62,166 bases of DNA. It comes from Thermoproteota archaeon (GTDB taxonomy: Archaea > Thermoproteota > Bathyarchaeia > Bathyarchaeales > Bathycorpusculaceae). The notes under the pieces were generated by a model, which made no database searches, was not told the DNA's origin, and saw only the letters and a list, made by a program, of their open reading frames with translations. The position numbers and the translations under genes were made by a program. Within the stretch, counting starts at the first letter, position 1, and each line of letters starts with the position of its first letter. Positions 1 through 10,275 of the stretch are shown one piece after another. The DNA lies in the NCBI GenBank assembly GCA_012513715.1, contig JAAZBP010000018.1:1-62166 (forward strand). The letters run 5' to 3'.

Positions 1-158
1 CGGTTTGAAAGACACCAAACTATTGCCTTTATCTACAAAACTTTTTTCATGGAACTTAAAAAAGCGATGCTTCTCAGTTACTCAATAAAGGTTATGTAAA
101 GTTTGTATGTTGTTTATGGACTTATGGAAAAAAAATGAATCTAAATAAGTAGAAAGGC

Positions 159-1319
159 TTAGAAAGCATCTGCGATTCTATTACAAGCTTCGATTATGCG
201 CTCTTTTGGCTGTGTGAAGGTTATCCTTGCGTACCCTTCCCCATGCTTTCCAAAGCCAATACCAGGTGTTACAGCAACGCCAACGTCCAATAGTTTAGTT
301 GCAAACTGCATTGAATCTCCGTTACAGTTAACCCAAACATAGAAAGTAGCTTTTGGTTTCTCGCATTTGTAGCCTATTTTGTAAAGAGTATCTACGAGTA
401 TGTCACGCCGCTCCTGAAGAATTTGGTTGTTATTCTTTAGAAAATCTGGCGCAGCTCTACTAGTGTAAGCCTGCAAAGCCTTAACAGCAGCTTTTTGTGT
501 ATAAACTGGTGGACCCGAATCAATCTGTGACTTTATTTTAGTTAACCCTTCCACAAGCTGTTTGTTCCCAGCTGCAAAACCGATACGGTCACCTGTCACA
601 TTAAATGTTTTTGATAACGAATTAAATTCTATTGCTACATCCGTGGCGCCGTCGATTTCTAAGATACTGGGAGCAGTATAGCCATCATATGTGACTTCTG
701 AGTATGCATTATCATAACAAAGTATTATGTTGTTGTCTTTAGCAAAGTTTACTGCCTCTTTTAGGAATTTTTTGTCAACTGTTGCCGCTGTTGGATTATT
801 TGGGTAATTGAGGAACAACATTTTCGCTTTTTGAGCATCAATGGCTTCGAAATCAGGGCGAAAACCGTTTTTCTCTAGTAAAGGCACAGGTACTGATGTT
901 CCATCGCATAGAATCGTACTGCCGTTGGCATAAACGGGATAAGAAGGATCAGGCACGAGCACTTGGTCCCCTGGATTAATAAATGCGCGAGCAATATTTG
1001 CTATACCTTCTTTGGAGCCTAAAAGTGTAACAACCTGATCTTGCGGCAAATCAACGTTAAAGCGTTTCTTATACCATTCAGAGACAGCCATTCTGAATTC
1101 AGCTTCACCATGACTAAAAGAGTAATTATGATTCTTCAGATTAGCAACTTCAGTTTTAAGAGCTTCCACAACAAAAACTGGAGGGGGCAAATCTGGATCA
1201 CCTATACTTAGGGAAATTAAGTCTACACCTTCAGCTTTCTTTTTATTTATAAGTGATTCAATTTCAGCAAATAGATAGGGTGGTAACCTCTTGATTCTTT
1301 CTGCATATTCAAATTTCAT
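159..1319 (-). CDS. dapL: LL-diaminopimelate aminotransferase
   Basis: Class I/II PLP aminotransferase motifs (ISLSIGDPD, GSKEG, LNYPNNPT, DNAYSE, SLSKTFNVTGDRIG); last gene of the DAP operon. Start moved to the ATG of MKFEYAERIK at 1319. Confidence 0.88.
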   Translation of the reverse strand: MKFEYAERIKRLPPYLFAEIESLINKKKAEGVDLISLSIGDPDLPPPVFVVEALKTEVANLKNHNYSFSHGEAEFRMAVSEWYKKRFNVDLPQDQVVTLLGSKEGIANIARAFINPGDQVLVPDPSYPVYANGSTILCDGTSVPVPLLEKNGFRPDFEAIDAQKAKMLFLNYPNNPTAATVDKKFLKEAVNFAKDNNIILCYDNAYSEVTYDGYTAPSILEIDGATDVAIEFNSLSKTFNVTGDRIGFAAGNKQLVEGLTKIKSQIDSGPPVYTQKAAVKALQAYTSRAAPDFLKNNNQILQERRDILVDTLYKIGYKCEKPKATFYVWVNCNGDSMQFATKLLDVGVAVTPGIGFGKHGEGYARITFTQPKERIIEACNRIADAF

Positions 1320-1323
1320 TTTT

Positions 1324-2157
1324 TTATATCTCCTTGAATAGTCTTCCTTCGTATACTTTATCAGCTGCTCCACTCAAAAGCAAAATAGCCCCGATTTCAA
1401 CTTGAAGATCACCGCCGAGTAGATGAACTGTAACCGTGGTACCTACTTTGCCAAGTCTATTAGCTGCAGCTACAGCTGCACATGTTCCAGTACCACAGGC
1501 AAGAGTTTCTCCGCAACCGCGCTCCCAAACTCGAAGTTTCATCTCATTTGAGCTTATGACTTGAGCGAATCCAACGTTGGTGCGTTTTGGGAAAAAAGCA
1601 TTATTTTCAATGAGTGACCCAATAATGTTAACTGGAAAGTCGTCAACGTTCACGAATGTTACGCAGTGAGGATTACCTAAAGACAGACAAGTTACTCTGT
1701 AGGTTTCACCATTTACTGTAAAGTTTTCATCTACACAATAACCATTACCCTTCATGGGTAGAGAAGATCGTTCCCAGTTAGGAGCACCCATATCCACCTT
1801 TACTGAGCTGACTTCGTCGCCATTCAATGTTAGCCACACATTTTTTTTCCCAGCTAATGTTTCAACCGAAAATTCAGTTTGAGTAACTATACCATTTTCA
1901 TAACAGTATTTGCTGAAGCATCTAATACCGTTCCCGCACATTTCAGCTTCGCTTCCGTCAGAGTTGAAGATTCTCATTTTTACTGGGGCAACACTTGAAT
2001 TACAAACAAGTAGTAGACCATCAGCACCCACAGAAAACCGTCTTTCACAGAGGCATTTCGCTAATCTTGAAGCATATTCTCCGTTGATACTGTTGTCTCT
2101 GTTGTCTACTACAATGTAGTCGTTGCCTAATCCGTGCATCTTCCAGAAACGAATCAA
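1324..2157 (-). CDS. dapF: Diaminopimelate epimerase
   Basis: KMHGLGNDY, EMCGNGIRC, GNPH and ERGCGETLACGTG motifs, with both catalytic Cys present. Confidence 0.97.
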   Translation of the reverse strand: MIRFWKMHGLGNDYIVVDNRDNSINGEYASRLAKCLCERRFSVGADGLLLVCNSSVAPVKMRIFNSDGSEAEMCGNGIRCFSKYCYENGIVTQTEFSVETLAGKKNVWLTLNGDEVSSVKVDMGAPNWERSSLPMKGNGYCVDENFTVNGETYRVTCLSLGNPHCVTFVNVDDFPVNIIGSLIENNAFFPKRTNVGFAQVISSNEMKLRVWERGCGETLACGTGTCAAVAAANRLGKVGTTVTVHLLGGDLQVEIGAILLLSGAADKVYEGRLFKEI

Positions 2158-3443
2158 GATTCACACTGCACCTTTTGACTAGAAACAAGGTCTCCTAATT
2201 GCTCGCGGTTTCTAATAGGTATTGATTTTCCTTGTCGAATTAAAACTTCAGCAGCTCGGGGTCTTGAATTATACTGTGAACTCATACTAAATCCATAGGC
2301 GCCAACATTAAGTACAGCTAACAAGTCACCTTCTTCAACTGTAGGTAGCTTGCGTTCTTTAGCTAAAATATCACCGGATTCACATAACGGACCAGCCACA
2401 TCATAAGTCTCTTTATCAGATTCATCCAGTTTATTAGCCACTAAGATTTGATGATAAGAACCGTACATTGTTGGTCGTAGTAGTGTATTGAATCCAGCGT
2501 CTACACCGATGAATTTACGAGAAGGTGTAACCTTAACTGTATTTACGGTTGTGAGCAATATACTGGAGTCACAAACTAGATAACGACCTGGCTCTACGAA
2601 TAAGAAGGGTTTACCTAATCCGTAATCCTTAACTTTATTCTTAAAAAGCTTCACTACTTTAGAGGAGAATAATTTTAAATCAAATTCTTTATCTTCAGGT
2701 TTGTATGGAACACCGAAGCCCCCACCAATATCGATGAACTCAAAGTTGATACCTACCTCTTCATGTACCCTTTTAGCTATACGTAGCAACTTATCCACTG
2801 CTTTAACGTATGGTTCAACATCCAATATGCCTGATCCTATGTGCATATGAATACCGAAACGTTCCACTCTGGCGCGCTCTGCTATAGCATATGCTTGAAT
2901 TACTTCTTCCTCCCAAAGTCCAAATTTGGATTCTGGACCAGCTGTAATGCAATGGTCGTGATGACCAGCACCAAATTCAGGATTTACACGAACAGACAAA
3001 ATATGGGGAACTGCAATCTTTAGGAGTCTATCAAGTTCAGATTGGGAATCGACATTTATAGTGACACCTGCATCAGCAAGCATTTTTAATTCGTCATTGC
3101 GTACACTAACACCTGTAAATAGAATACGGTCAGGTGTAAAGCCGCTACTCAACGCCATAAATACTTCTCCAGGGCTGACTGTATCCAGGTAAGCACCTTG
3201 TGACTGGAGAATGCGAAGAACTGTGAGGTTTGTGTTTGCTTTGGCTGCGTAGTATATTCGAACATATTTGTAGTTGTTAAGTAAGGCTGTGTATAGGCGG
3301 TTGTAGTTATCTTGAATTCGTTTTTCGCTTAAGACATAAAGTGGAGTGTCATACTTTTCAGCTAGTTCTTTGACTGAGAAACCATCAAAGAACAAAGCGC
3401 CTTTACGATTTTCTAATGGGTCACTAAGCTTCTTCTTTACCAT
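2154..3443 (-). CDS. lysA: Diaminopimelate decarboxylase
   Basis: YAAKAN (PLP Lys), HMHIGS, DIGGG, EPGRYLV, GPLCESGD, GAYGFSMSSQYNSRPR. Confidence 0.97.
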   Translation of the reverse strand: MVKKKLSDPLENRKGALFFDGFSVKELAEKYDTPLYVLSEKRIQDNYNRLYTALLNNYKYVRIYYAAKANTNLTVLRILQSQGAYLDTVSPGEVFMALSSGFTPDRILFTGVSVRNDELKMLADAGVTINVDSQSELDRLLKIAVPHILSVRVNPEFGAGHHDHCITAGPESKFGLWEEEVIQAYAIAERARVERFGIHMHIGSGILDVEPYVKAVDKLLRIAKRVHEEVGINFEFIDIGGGFGVPYKPEDKEFDLKLFSSKVVKLFKNKVKDYGLGKPFLFVEPGRYLVCDSSILLTTVNTVKVTPSRKFIGVDAGFNTLLRPTMYGSYHQILVANKLDESDKETYDVAGPLCESGDILAKERKLPTVEEGDLLAVLNVGAYGFSMSSQYNSRPRAAEVLIRQGKSIPIRNREQLGDLVSSQKVQCES

Positions 3444-3481
3444 TTTCTACACCAACATGAGTTAAGTTAGTAGTTTGTAAA

Positions 3482-4540
3482 TTAGGCTAAGCCTTTAGCC
3501 ACAAATAATTCTGCACTCAGTATTCCGCCGCCTGCAGCTCCACGTATAGTATTATGGCCAAGACACATGTACTTGAAAGTCATAATTGGATCCTTACGTA
3601 TCCTACCGACTACAGCACTCATTCCACAGCCAGAATCTCGATCAAAACGGGGTTGTGGTCTATTCTTTTCGTTTCTGACAATTATAGGATGCTTCGGAGC
3701 TGAAGGCAACAGCAAATCTTGAGGTACACCTTTGAAGTTGATGAATGCTTCCTTTATTTGTTCAAGTGTTGGGTCTTGATCTAGCTTTACGAAAACAGAT
3801 TCTAAATGTCCATCTTTAACATTAACGCGATTGCAGCTCGCACTTAGTTTAAGATCTGCGTTTTCCACACACTCCCCGTTGAAGCACCCAAGTATCTTTA
3901 AAGTTTCAGCTTCCATTTTCTCTTCTTCACCTGAGATAAATGGAACTACATTGTCGATAATATCCAAAGAGGGCACTCCAGGATATCCTGCACCGCTTAA
4001 AGCTTGCATAGTAGAGACAACGATTTGCTTTAGACCAAACTGCATTAACGGCTTCAATGTTAATACCAATTGAATTGTGCTACAGTTGGGGTCAGTTGTG
4101 ATAAAACCTTTCCAACCACGTATTTTTTGTTGGAGTCTGATTAATTCAGCGTGATCAGAGTTAATTTCGGGTACAATTAAAGGGACATCTTGTTCCATCC
4201 GATGAGCACTAGCTTTACTAAAAACCGGATACATAGCTCCGAACTCAGCTTCAACTGGACCGGCTAAATCACCTGGCAGAGAGGAGAAAACTAAGTGTAC
4301 ATCACCTGCGTTTTCAACTGACTCAACATCTGCATTAACAACCGACATCTCAGCTATTTCATCAGGTAAATCAGTTTCCATGAGCCAGTTACAAGCGTCT
4401 TTGAATTTTTTTCCTGCTGACCGCTCTGAAGCTGCAAGAACCTCAATTTCGAACCAAGGGTGACCCTGTAGAAGCTGAATATACCTTTGCCCCACAGCAC
4501 CGGTGGCACCTAAAATTGCTACTTTACGCTTATGTATCAT
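3482..4540 (-). CDS. asd: Aspartate-semialdehyde dehydrogenase (archaeal/fungal type)
   Basis: GATGAVGQ Rossmann motif, PNCST catalytic Cys, MQALSGAG, HNTIRGAAG. Confidence 0.97.
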   Translation of the reverse strand: MIHKRKVAILGATGAVGQRYIQLLQGHPWFEIEVLAASERSAGKKFKDACNWLMETDLPDEIAEMSVVNADVESVENAGDVHLVFSSLPGDLAGPVEAEFGAMYPVFSKASAHRMEQDVPLIVPEINSDHAELIRLQQKIRGWKGFITTDPNCSTIQLVLTLKPLMQFGLKQIVVSTMQALSGAGYPGVPSLDIIDNVVPFISGEEEKMEAETLKILGCFNGECVENADLKLSASCNRVNVKDGHLESVFVKLDQDPTLEQIKEAFINFKGVPQDLLLPSAPKHPIIVRNEKNRPQPRFDRDSGCGMSAVVGRIRKDPIMTFKYMCLGHNTIRGAAGGGILSAELFVAKGLA

Positions 4541-4609
4541 GACTTTTTTCTTCCTTTGACTGGTTCATTTTCTCAATACTTGATAAAAAAGTTAATGGTG
4601 AATTTATGT

Positions 4610-5404
4610 TCAAGATAACCCCAGCACATCTGCCATAGTGTAAAGTTTTGGAACAGTTTGTTTACTTAGCCATTCTGCAGCGTAAACAGCACCTTGTGCA
4701 AACACATTTCTAGAAAAAGCGGTATGTTCAATCCTTAACATTTCGTATGGCCCAGCAATAACCAAATCATGGATTCCCGGAACCCCTCCAGCGCGTAGTG
4801 ATGTTACCTCTAGTTCTTCTTTCTGACGTGGACAGATACCTTCTCTACCGGTCACAGTTCTTGAGTATCCGCGTAAAGTTGATATTATTTCGCAAATTTT
4901 CTTTGCTGTACCACTCGGAGCATCCTTCTTTCCAGTGTGATGGATTTCATTTATACTGAAATCGTATTCTTCAGGAAAAGCCTTAAGTTGCTCGGCTAGT
5001 TTGAACAGGATGTTAACGCCTACACTATAGTTAGGTGAAAATACAGCAGGAATTTTACCTGACAGTGATGATACAATTTGCAGATTTTGTTCTGTGGTGA
5101 AACCTGTAGTACCGAGAACTATTCGTTTTCCAAGTTCAGCTACTATGGGGATGCTAACGAGGTCAGCTTTGGGAGTGGTGAAGCTAACAAAAACATCGGC
5201 GTCCATTACTGCTTGACTCAAGTTATCTGAACTTTGAATGGTTATGTCAGAGTCACTTACACCTAGGTTACGGAGGTTTTTGCCTATCCATTGGCTATTT
5301 GGAGCCTCTGTTGCACCCACGATTTTGTAGCCCTTTGCAGTTGCTTCAGCAACGATTGCTCTACCCATCCTGCCGGCTACACCGGATACACATAACTTAA
5401 GCAT
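4610..5404 (-). CDS. dapB: 4-hydroxy-tetrahydrodipicolinate reductase
   Basis: GVAGRMG, GTTG, EIHHTGKKDAPSGTA, FAQGA motifs. Confidence 0.96.
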   Translation of the reverse strand: MLKLCVSGVAGRMGRAIVAEATAKGYKIVGATEAPNSQWIGKNLRNLGVSDSDITIQSSDNLSQAVMDADVFVSFTTPKADLVSIPIVAELGKRIVLGTTGFTTEQNLQIVSSLSGKIPAVFSPNYSVGVNILFKLAEQLKAFPEEYDFSINEIHHTGKKDAPSGTAKKICEIISTLRGYSRTVTGREGICPRQKEELEVTSLRAGGVPGIHDLVIAGPYEMLRIEHTAFSRNVFAQGAVYAAEWLSKQTVPKLYTMADVLGLS

Positions 5405-6455
5405 AATATAGCCCCTCTATGTATTTGGGATTGTATAATCGGTCTTGTAAGTCAACACCAAAATAATCGGATATTGGCTCTAGTACCTGTGGATTTGACT
5501 CGTAAATTTTACGAACATTTGTTAGAACCAAATCTACACCATTCCGAGTCATCTTGCCTAAAGGCTGCCTACAAGGGCCTGACGGCATACCCAATATATT
5601 CATCAGTGTCTTATATGCAAGTGGATTACGAGCCTTACAGACTACTGGTCCATAAGGTGATGGTTCCTGGGTTTTCACTGTCACTATATTGAAAAGGGGC
5701 TGTAGTGCCTGTGCTAAAACATTAGCAGATTCTTTATCACCATCGAGAAGATAGTGCACCATATCTGAAACTGTACGAGGGGCAACATTTGAGGCAACTG
5801 ATATTACGCCGCTTGCAGCAATCTCTGGAGAAGCCATTAATGTTAATGTTTTATCATCGTCACCACTGAGTATGTCAAAGTCTTCCCCGCAGAATTTTCT
5901 AGTTAATTCTGAGTTTTTCAGATCACCTGTTGCTTCTTTTACGCAGCTAACATTGGGATATTGTGCATGTAAGATTGCGATGTCCTGAGGGAGAAGTTGT
6001 GTACCGGTTCTCCCCGGAATAATGTAGGGGATAACTTGTACGTCTGGAAACTTGCTTGCAATAGGCTCAAGGTATTCGCGACGTATTTCAAGCGAGCTAG
6101 GACCATTATAATAGGGGTCGACAAGTAAAACGGCATCTACACCAGCATTTCTTGCATGTTCAGTACCTTCAATTGATTCTTTTGTTGAATTACTGCCTGT
6201 ACCTGCTATTGTATGAACTTTCTTCTGGGCAAAGACACATGTTTTCTCTATTACTTTGCTGTGCTCAAACCAATCCAAAGTTGGACTTTCACCTGTGGTT
6301 CCAACTGCCAATATGCCTTTGACACCGTTTTTTATTTGAAAGTCTATCAAATTGTGTAAACCGTCGTAGTCGATTTGACCATTTTGAGTCATAGGTGTTA
6401 TTAATGCAGTATAACATCCGCTGAATATTGTCAATTTTTTATGCCTCGTCATCAC
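5397..6455 (-). CDS. dapA: 4-hydroxy-tetrahydrodipicolinate synthase (long form)
   Basis: TALITP, GTTGESPTL, IAGTGSNST, PYYN, KEATGD, SGDD motifs; first gene of the operon. Confidence 0.95.
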   Translation of the reverse strand: MMTRHKKLTIFSGCYTALITPMTQNGQIDYDGLHNLIDFQIKNGVKGILAVGTTGESPTLDWFEHSKVIEKTCVFAQKKVHTIAGTGSNSTKESIEGTEHARNAGVDAVLLVDPYYNGPSSLEIRREYLEPIASKFPDVQVIPYIIPGRTGTQLLPQDIAILHAQYPNVSCVKEATGDLKNSELTRKFCGEDFDILSGDDDKTLTLMASPEIAASGVISVASNVAPRTVSDMVHYLLDGDKESANVLAQALQPLFNIVTVKTQEPSPYGPVVCKARNPLAYKTLMNILGMPSGPCRQPLGKMTRNGVDLVLTNVRKIYESNPQVLEPISDYFGVDLQDRLYNPKYIEGLYYA

Positions 6456-6476
6456 TAAAAAAAAGGCAACGAATAT

Positions 6477-6521
6477 TTAAACATTACGTTTAACATAATT
6501 TTTTTACGAAAACCGTAAAAA
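6477..6521. promoter_or_regulatory. Two palindromes at the dapA promoter: TTAAAC-N5-GTTTAA (6477-6493) and TTTTTACG-N5-CGTAAAAA (6501-6521)
   Basis: Perfect inverted repeats read directly. The first overlaps a minus-strand TTTAAATA TATA-like box (6474-6481). Confidence 0.5.
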
Positions 6522-6571
6522 GTAACAAATACAACAAATACATTAAGCAAAAAAATAACTATTACCAAGCC

Positions 6572-6886
6572 TTAACTAGAGTGATTGTATGGAGCCAAAG
6601 TATAAGCAGTAAAAAATCCATCGACAGAACCATAAATTCTTCTAAGATAAACAACTACGTCATCCACACTTACCGCGGTAGGAATAATCTTGCAATAATT
6701 ATCCGGACGCACCAAATCCATAAGGCCACCAGACTGAATTTTAACAACCTTTAAAAGCAGCCTACGGGAACCACAAACAAAAACAGCAATATCTCCATTA
6801 CGGGGATTACCTTTTCTTATATCAATTGTTTTTAAACCTTGACTTAACCAATCAAAGACTTCTTTTTTTGCCAAAAATAACGGCAC
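6572..6886 (-). CDS. ASCH/PUA-like domain protein
   Basis: FDWLSQGLKTIDIR...GDIAVF matches the ASCH GxKxxExR-like signature; about 100 aa. Confidence 0.75.
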   Translation of the reverse strand: MPLFLAKKEVFDWLSQGLKTIDIRKGNPRNGDIAVFVCGSRRLLLKVVKIQSGGLMDLVRPDNYCKIIPTAVSVDDVVVYLRRIYGSVDGFFTAYTLAPYNHSS

Positions 6887-6915
6887 AGCTAAACCACAAA
6901 AAATTTTTTAACAGA

Positions 6916-6936
6916 ACCCAAAGATAAACTTTGGGT
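6916..6936. promoter_or_regulatory. Perfect palindrome ACCCAAAG-N5-CTTTGGGT (operator or terminator hairpin)
   Basis: Lies between the rpl24e stop and the ASCH gene start. Its loop contains a minus-strand TTTAT TATA-like sequence. Confidence 0.4.
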
Positions 6937-6998
6937 CAAAAAGGATTAACTTCAAAATGAAAAAAGTGGATGTAGAAAACGCATAAGGATATTTGAGG

Positions 6999-7196
6999 TT
7001 ACCCTTTGCCTTTCTCTTCTTTACCGAAGTACTGAGTCCATTTCAGCTTGCGTGCATCACGTTTGAATGCTAAGCTGCTCTTCTTGCATTTACTAGAGTC
7101 GAACCATAGAATTGAGCCATCGCTTTTCACGAACATCATGCCTGTGCCAGCTGGGAAATCAGCACCACAGAACGAACATTTTCTCGGTTTTGGCAT
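6999..7196 (-). CDS. rpl24e: 50S ribosomal protein L24e
   Basis: CSFCG..FPAGTGMMFV..DG..WFDSSKC..RKLKWT. Confidence 0.97.
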   Translation of the reverse strand: MPKPRKCSFCGADFPAGTGMMFVKSDGSILWFDSSKCKKSSLAFKRDARKLKWTQYFGKEEKGKG

Positions 7197-7215
7197 GACA
7201 AATTCTCCAATAATT

Positions 7216-7434
7216 TTATCTTGTGATCTTCTTTGCTTCGCGCTCAGTTTCGCGTAACATTAGGATATCTTGAACACGAATTGGACCTTTAACGTTGCGT
7301 GTGATGATTCTACCTTTGTCTTTACCTTCCATTATTCGGACACGTACCTGAGTAATTTCGCCAGTTACACCTGTCCGACCAATGATTTGTATGACTTCTG
7401 CGGGAATTTGCTCGTCGGTTACTTCTCTACTCAT
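7216..7434 (-). CDS. rps28e: 30S ribosomal protein S28e
   Basis: [30 protein letters not shown]. Confidence 0.97.
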   Translation of the reverse strand: MSREVTDEQIPAEVIQIIGRTGVTGEITQVRVRIMEGKDKGRIITRNVKGPIRVQDILMLRETEREAKKITR

Positions 7435-7814
7435 TACTGAGTTCCTCGTTTAACTTGATCGATACGAGTAACAATTTCTTTGATTAGACCTGCCGCTTCG
7501 CCTTCTCGCATAATGCATGCCGCTGCACAAGGAACATCGATACCTATTGATTTACCTAGTTGTTCTTTACTTGGAACAAAAACATATGGAATTTTTCGTT
7601 CGTCGCATAATAATGGTAGATGGGCGATGACTTCTGGAGGATCAACATCTTCAGCGATAACCACAAGTTTAGCTTGTGAGCGTTCTACAGCTTTTGTAGC
7701 TTCATTTGTTCCTTTCCTAACTGATCCTGATTTTGAAGCAATCGTTAGGGCTTCATAGGCTGCATCTACGAGTTCTTTCGGTACTTCATATTTTACATAA
7801 AATGGTTTTGACAT
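7434..7814 (-). CDS. rpl7ae: 50S ribosomal protein L7Ae
   Basis: [22 protein letters not shown], conserved L7Ae-S28e-L24e gene order. Confidence 0.97.
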   Translation of the reverse strand: MSKPFYVKYEVPKELVDAAYEALTIASKSGSVRKGTNEATKAVERSQAKLVVIAEDVDPPEVIAHLPLLCDERKIPYVFVPSKEQLGKSIGIDVPCAAACIMREGEAAGLIKEIVTRIDQVKRGTQ

Positions 7815-7975
7815 ATTAGCCTCACCCTTTTAAGGCACAAACTTATCAACACTTCCTATTTAATAACTTTTCTACTACAAAACTGTAGACCATTCCTTTT
7901 GTGCAAAACGTAATCCAGAAAGATTTAAATAAACTGTTACGGTCACGTACATGTTTTTCGAGAGGGGAATCGCGT

Positions 7976-8230
7976 TTGCAAAAATTGGGTAGAGTTATAA
8001 ATGTATCTCCTTCAGGAAACGCCATAGTAAAAATAGATAAGCCCCCGAAACTCGGCACCGAAGTTTTTGATGAAAATTTTAATACTGTTGGAAAAATTTT
8101 TGATATAATAGGTCCAACCACAGCACCTTATGCAGTAATTAAAACAATAATTAGTGAACCAACTAAACTTAAGGATAAACCAGTCTACTTGCTTCTCTCG
8201 AAAACTAAAAGGGAGCAAAAGAGAAAATGA
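7976..8230 (+). CDS. gar1: H/ACA RNP protein Gar1/Naf1 family
   Basis: LGRV...[19 protein letters not shown]...PY pattern; conserved gar1-tfb synteny. Likely TTG start at 7976 after GAGGGG. Confidence 0.85.
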   Translation: MQKLGRVINVSPSGNAIVKIDKPPKLGTEVFDENFNTVGKIFDIIGPTTAPYAVIKTIISEPTKLKDKPVYLLLSKTKREQKRK

Positions 8231-9201
8231 GCAGAGATAGCAAGTTACATGTACCGGTAGAACAAGAGCATTTAACAACAAAAACTGAACCGGCAAAGAT
8301 TCAGTCATGTCCTGAGTGTGGAAGCACCCGACTTATGAGAGATTATGAATGTGCTGAAATAGTCTGTATGGATTGTGGTTTTGTCGTTCAACAAAAAATC
8401 GCTGATCGAGGACCAGAATGGCGCGCATTTGACGACGATCAGAGGTCTAAAAGAACACGAGTTGGTGCGCCCTTAACATATACGATTCACGATAAAGGTT
8501 TATCAACCACTATTGATTGGCACGATAGAGATGTTTATGGAAAAAGTCTTTCACCAGGACAAAAAGCACAGGTTTATCGTTTAAGAAAATGGCAAAGACG
8601 GATCAGAGTATCAGATGCAACAGAAAGAAACTTAGCGTTTGCCCTTTCTGAAATCACAAAAATGTCAAATAACCTTAATTTACCGAAAAACATTCTTGAA
8701 ACTGCATCAGTAATTTATCGGAAAGCAGTAAAAGAACGGTTAATAAGAGGAAGGTCAATTCAAGGAGTCACTTCAGCGGCACTGTATCTAGCCTGCAGAC
8801 AATGCGGCTTACCCAGAACTCTTGATGAAATTTCTCAGGCATCCGCAGTAAACAAAAAAGAAGTTGGAAGAAGCTACAGATTCCTAATCCGAGAACTTAA
8901 TTATGTGATTCCCCCTCTACGACCAAGCCAGTATATAACAAAGTTCTCAAATCAACTCACAATGCAGGGCAAAGTTGAAGAAATTGCACACAAAATCTTG
9001 ACTGCAGCAAAAGAACAAAAACTCACTTCAGGCAGGGGACCGACGGGTATAGCAGCTGCAGCTAGTTATATTGCATCGGTGTTAACAGGAGAAAGAAAGA
9101 CACAAAGGGAAATTGCTGAAATTGCTCAAGTTACTGAAGTAACAATTAGAAATCGCTATAAAGAACTCGTAGAAAGGCTAATGTTTCAATTAAGCATCTA
9201 A
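8227..9201 (+). CDS. tfb: Transcription initiation factor IIB
   Basis: CPECGS..CMDCG Zn ribbon, GPEWRAF B-reader, two cyclin repeats, [13 protein letters not shown]. Confidence 0.98.
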   Translation: MSRDSKLHVPVEQEHLTTKTEPAKIQSCPECGSTRLMRDYECAEIVCMDCGFVVQQKIADRGPEWRAFDDDQRSKRTRVGAPLTYTIHDKGLSTTIDWHDRDVYGKSLSPGQKAQVYRLRKWQRRIRVSDATERNLAFALSEITKMSNNLNLPKNILETASVIYRKAVKERLIRGRSIQGVTSAALYLACRQCGLPRTLDEISQASAVNKKEVGRSYRFLIRELNYVIPPLRPSQYITKFSNQLTMQGKVEEIAHKILTAAKEQKLTSGRGPTGIAAAASYIASVLTGERKTQREIAEIAQVTEVTIRNRYKELVERLMFQLSI

Positions 9202-9553
9202 AATATTCACCTTCAGTTTTCGAAAAAACCGATGAAACTGATTTTTAGATAGAACACAAAAACAGATAGACTAAGTCGACTAAAAACTACTGCAAATGCA
9301 ATCAAAGCTAAAAGAAATTTTGAAAAATTTTCATGAAAAAAATACCTGACTCAGAGCACTATCACAATAACCTTCAGATAGTGGAGCTTAATGTTGAAGC
9401 AAAAGCAAAGATACTTGAAAATAAGTGGAAAAGTTAAGCTGAGAACTTGAAAAAGTAAGAGAACAATAGCTCTTAACAAAGATTACAAAAATATACCAAA
9501 AACTTAGCAAATAACAGCTATTTTTTTAAGTCTGCAAACCGCTATCTTAAATC

Positions 9554-10171
9554 ATGCCCTACAAATTTACATTTGATCTATCAAAAGTCCCGCGTTTCTT
9601 CTTCACAGAGTTAACTTTACTTAGTTATCAAAAGGGCATGCATAAAACATTCCTCAAAAAAGCACATGATTTAATAATTAAATTTCGAATTCAAGAAGCT
9701 ACTGGATTAAACCTCTCCGATGCAGTCATCCTACTTCAAGACTTCATTGACCTACAAGCCATCAATCTTATGGAGCGAAACAAGTTTTTAGAAACAAAAA
9801 AAAGAGCATTATTCCTGCCACATTGTGCTCGTAAATACATGGATAACCGATGTAAAGCATCCTTTGACCCAAACATTCCATCCTACATATGCACTCATTG
9901 TTCTGATGACTGCTTAATCAACAAGGCTAATCGATATGCAAAAAAGAAAGGGTATGATGTTTACCTCTTACCAGGAGGTTCATGCGTGCCTAAAATTCTA
10001 AAAGCTAACCGTTATGAAGGCTTAGTTGGTGTTGCATGTGGGGAAGAGATAATGATGATCAGCAAACTATTACCAAGTATGGATGTAAATGCCTGGCAAG
10101 GTATTCCCCTAATTAAAAACGGCTGTGCAAATACAGTATTTAACTTAGAAACACTCGCTAGAGTGTTATAA
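9554..10171 (+). CDS. DUF116 family protein
   Basis: LFLPHC, C..C...C, LPGGS, GVAC, GC.NT pattern typical of DUF116. Confidence 0.8.
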   Translation: MPYKFTFDLSKVPRFFFTELTLLSYQKGMHKTFLKKAHDLIIKFRIQEATGLNLSDAVILLQDFIDLQAINLMERNKFLETKKRALFLPHCARKYMDNRCKASFDPNIPSYICTHCSDDCLINKANRYAKKKGYDVYLLPGGSCVPKILKANRYEGLVGVACGEEIMMISKLLPSMDVNAWQGIPLIKNGCANTVFNLETLARVL

Positions 10172-10275
10172 AATCTGCTTTAAACACTAAAAAGGCAAGA
10201 TTTAGCAAAACAAACTATTTTAACCGAAAATAAAACAATATTTGTTATAAACAAAAAAGTTTAGAATAGGAAAAA

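Noticed and set aside
1-158. Possible start of a further minus-strand gene (for example lysC) at the window edge
   Set aside because: The ATG at 48-50 hits a stop after five codons, and only a few codons of any other frame are visible.
9391-9442. C/D-box sRNA-like arrangement (ATGTTGA ... TTGA ... CTGA)
   Set aside because: Box C and the internal boxes are degenerate, and the would-be guides are A-rich with no evident rRNA or tRNA complement.
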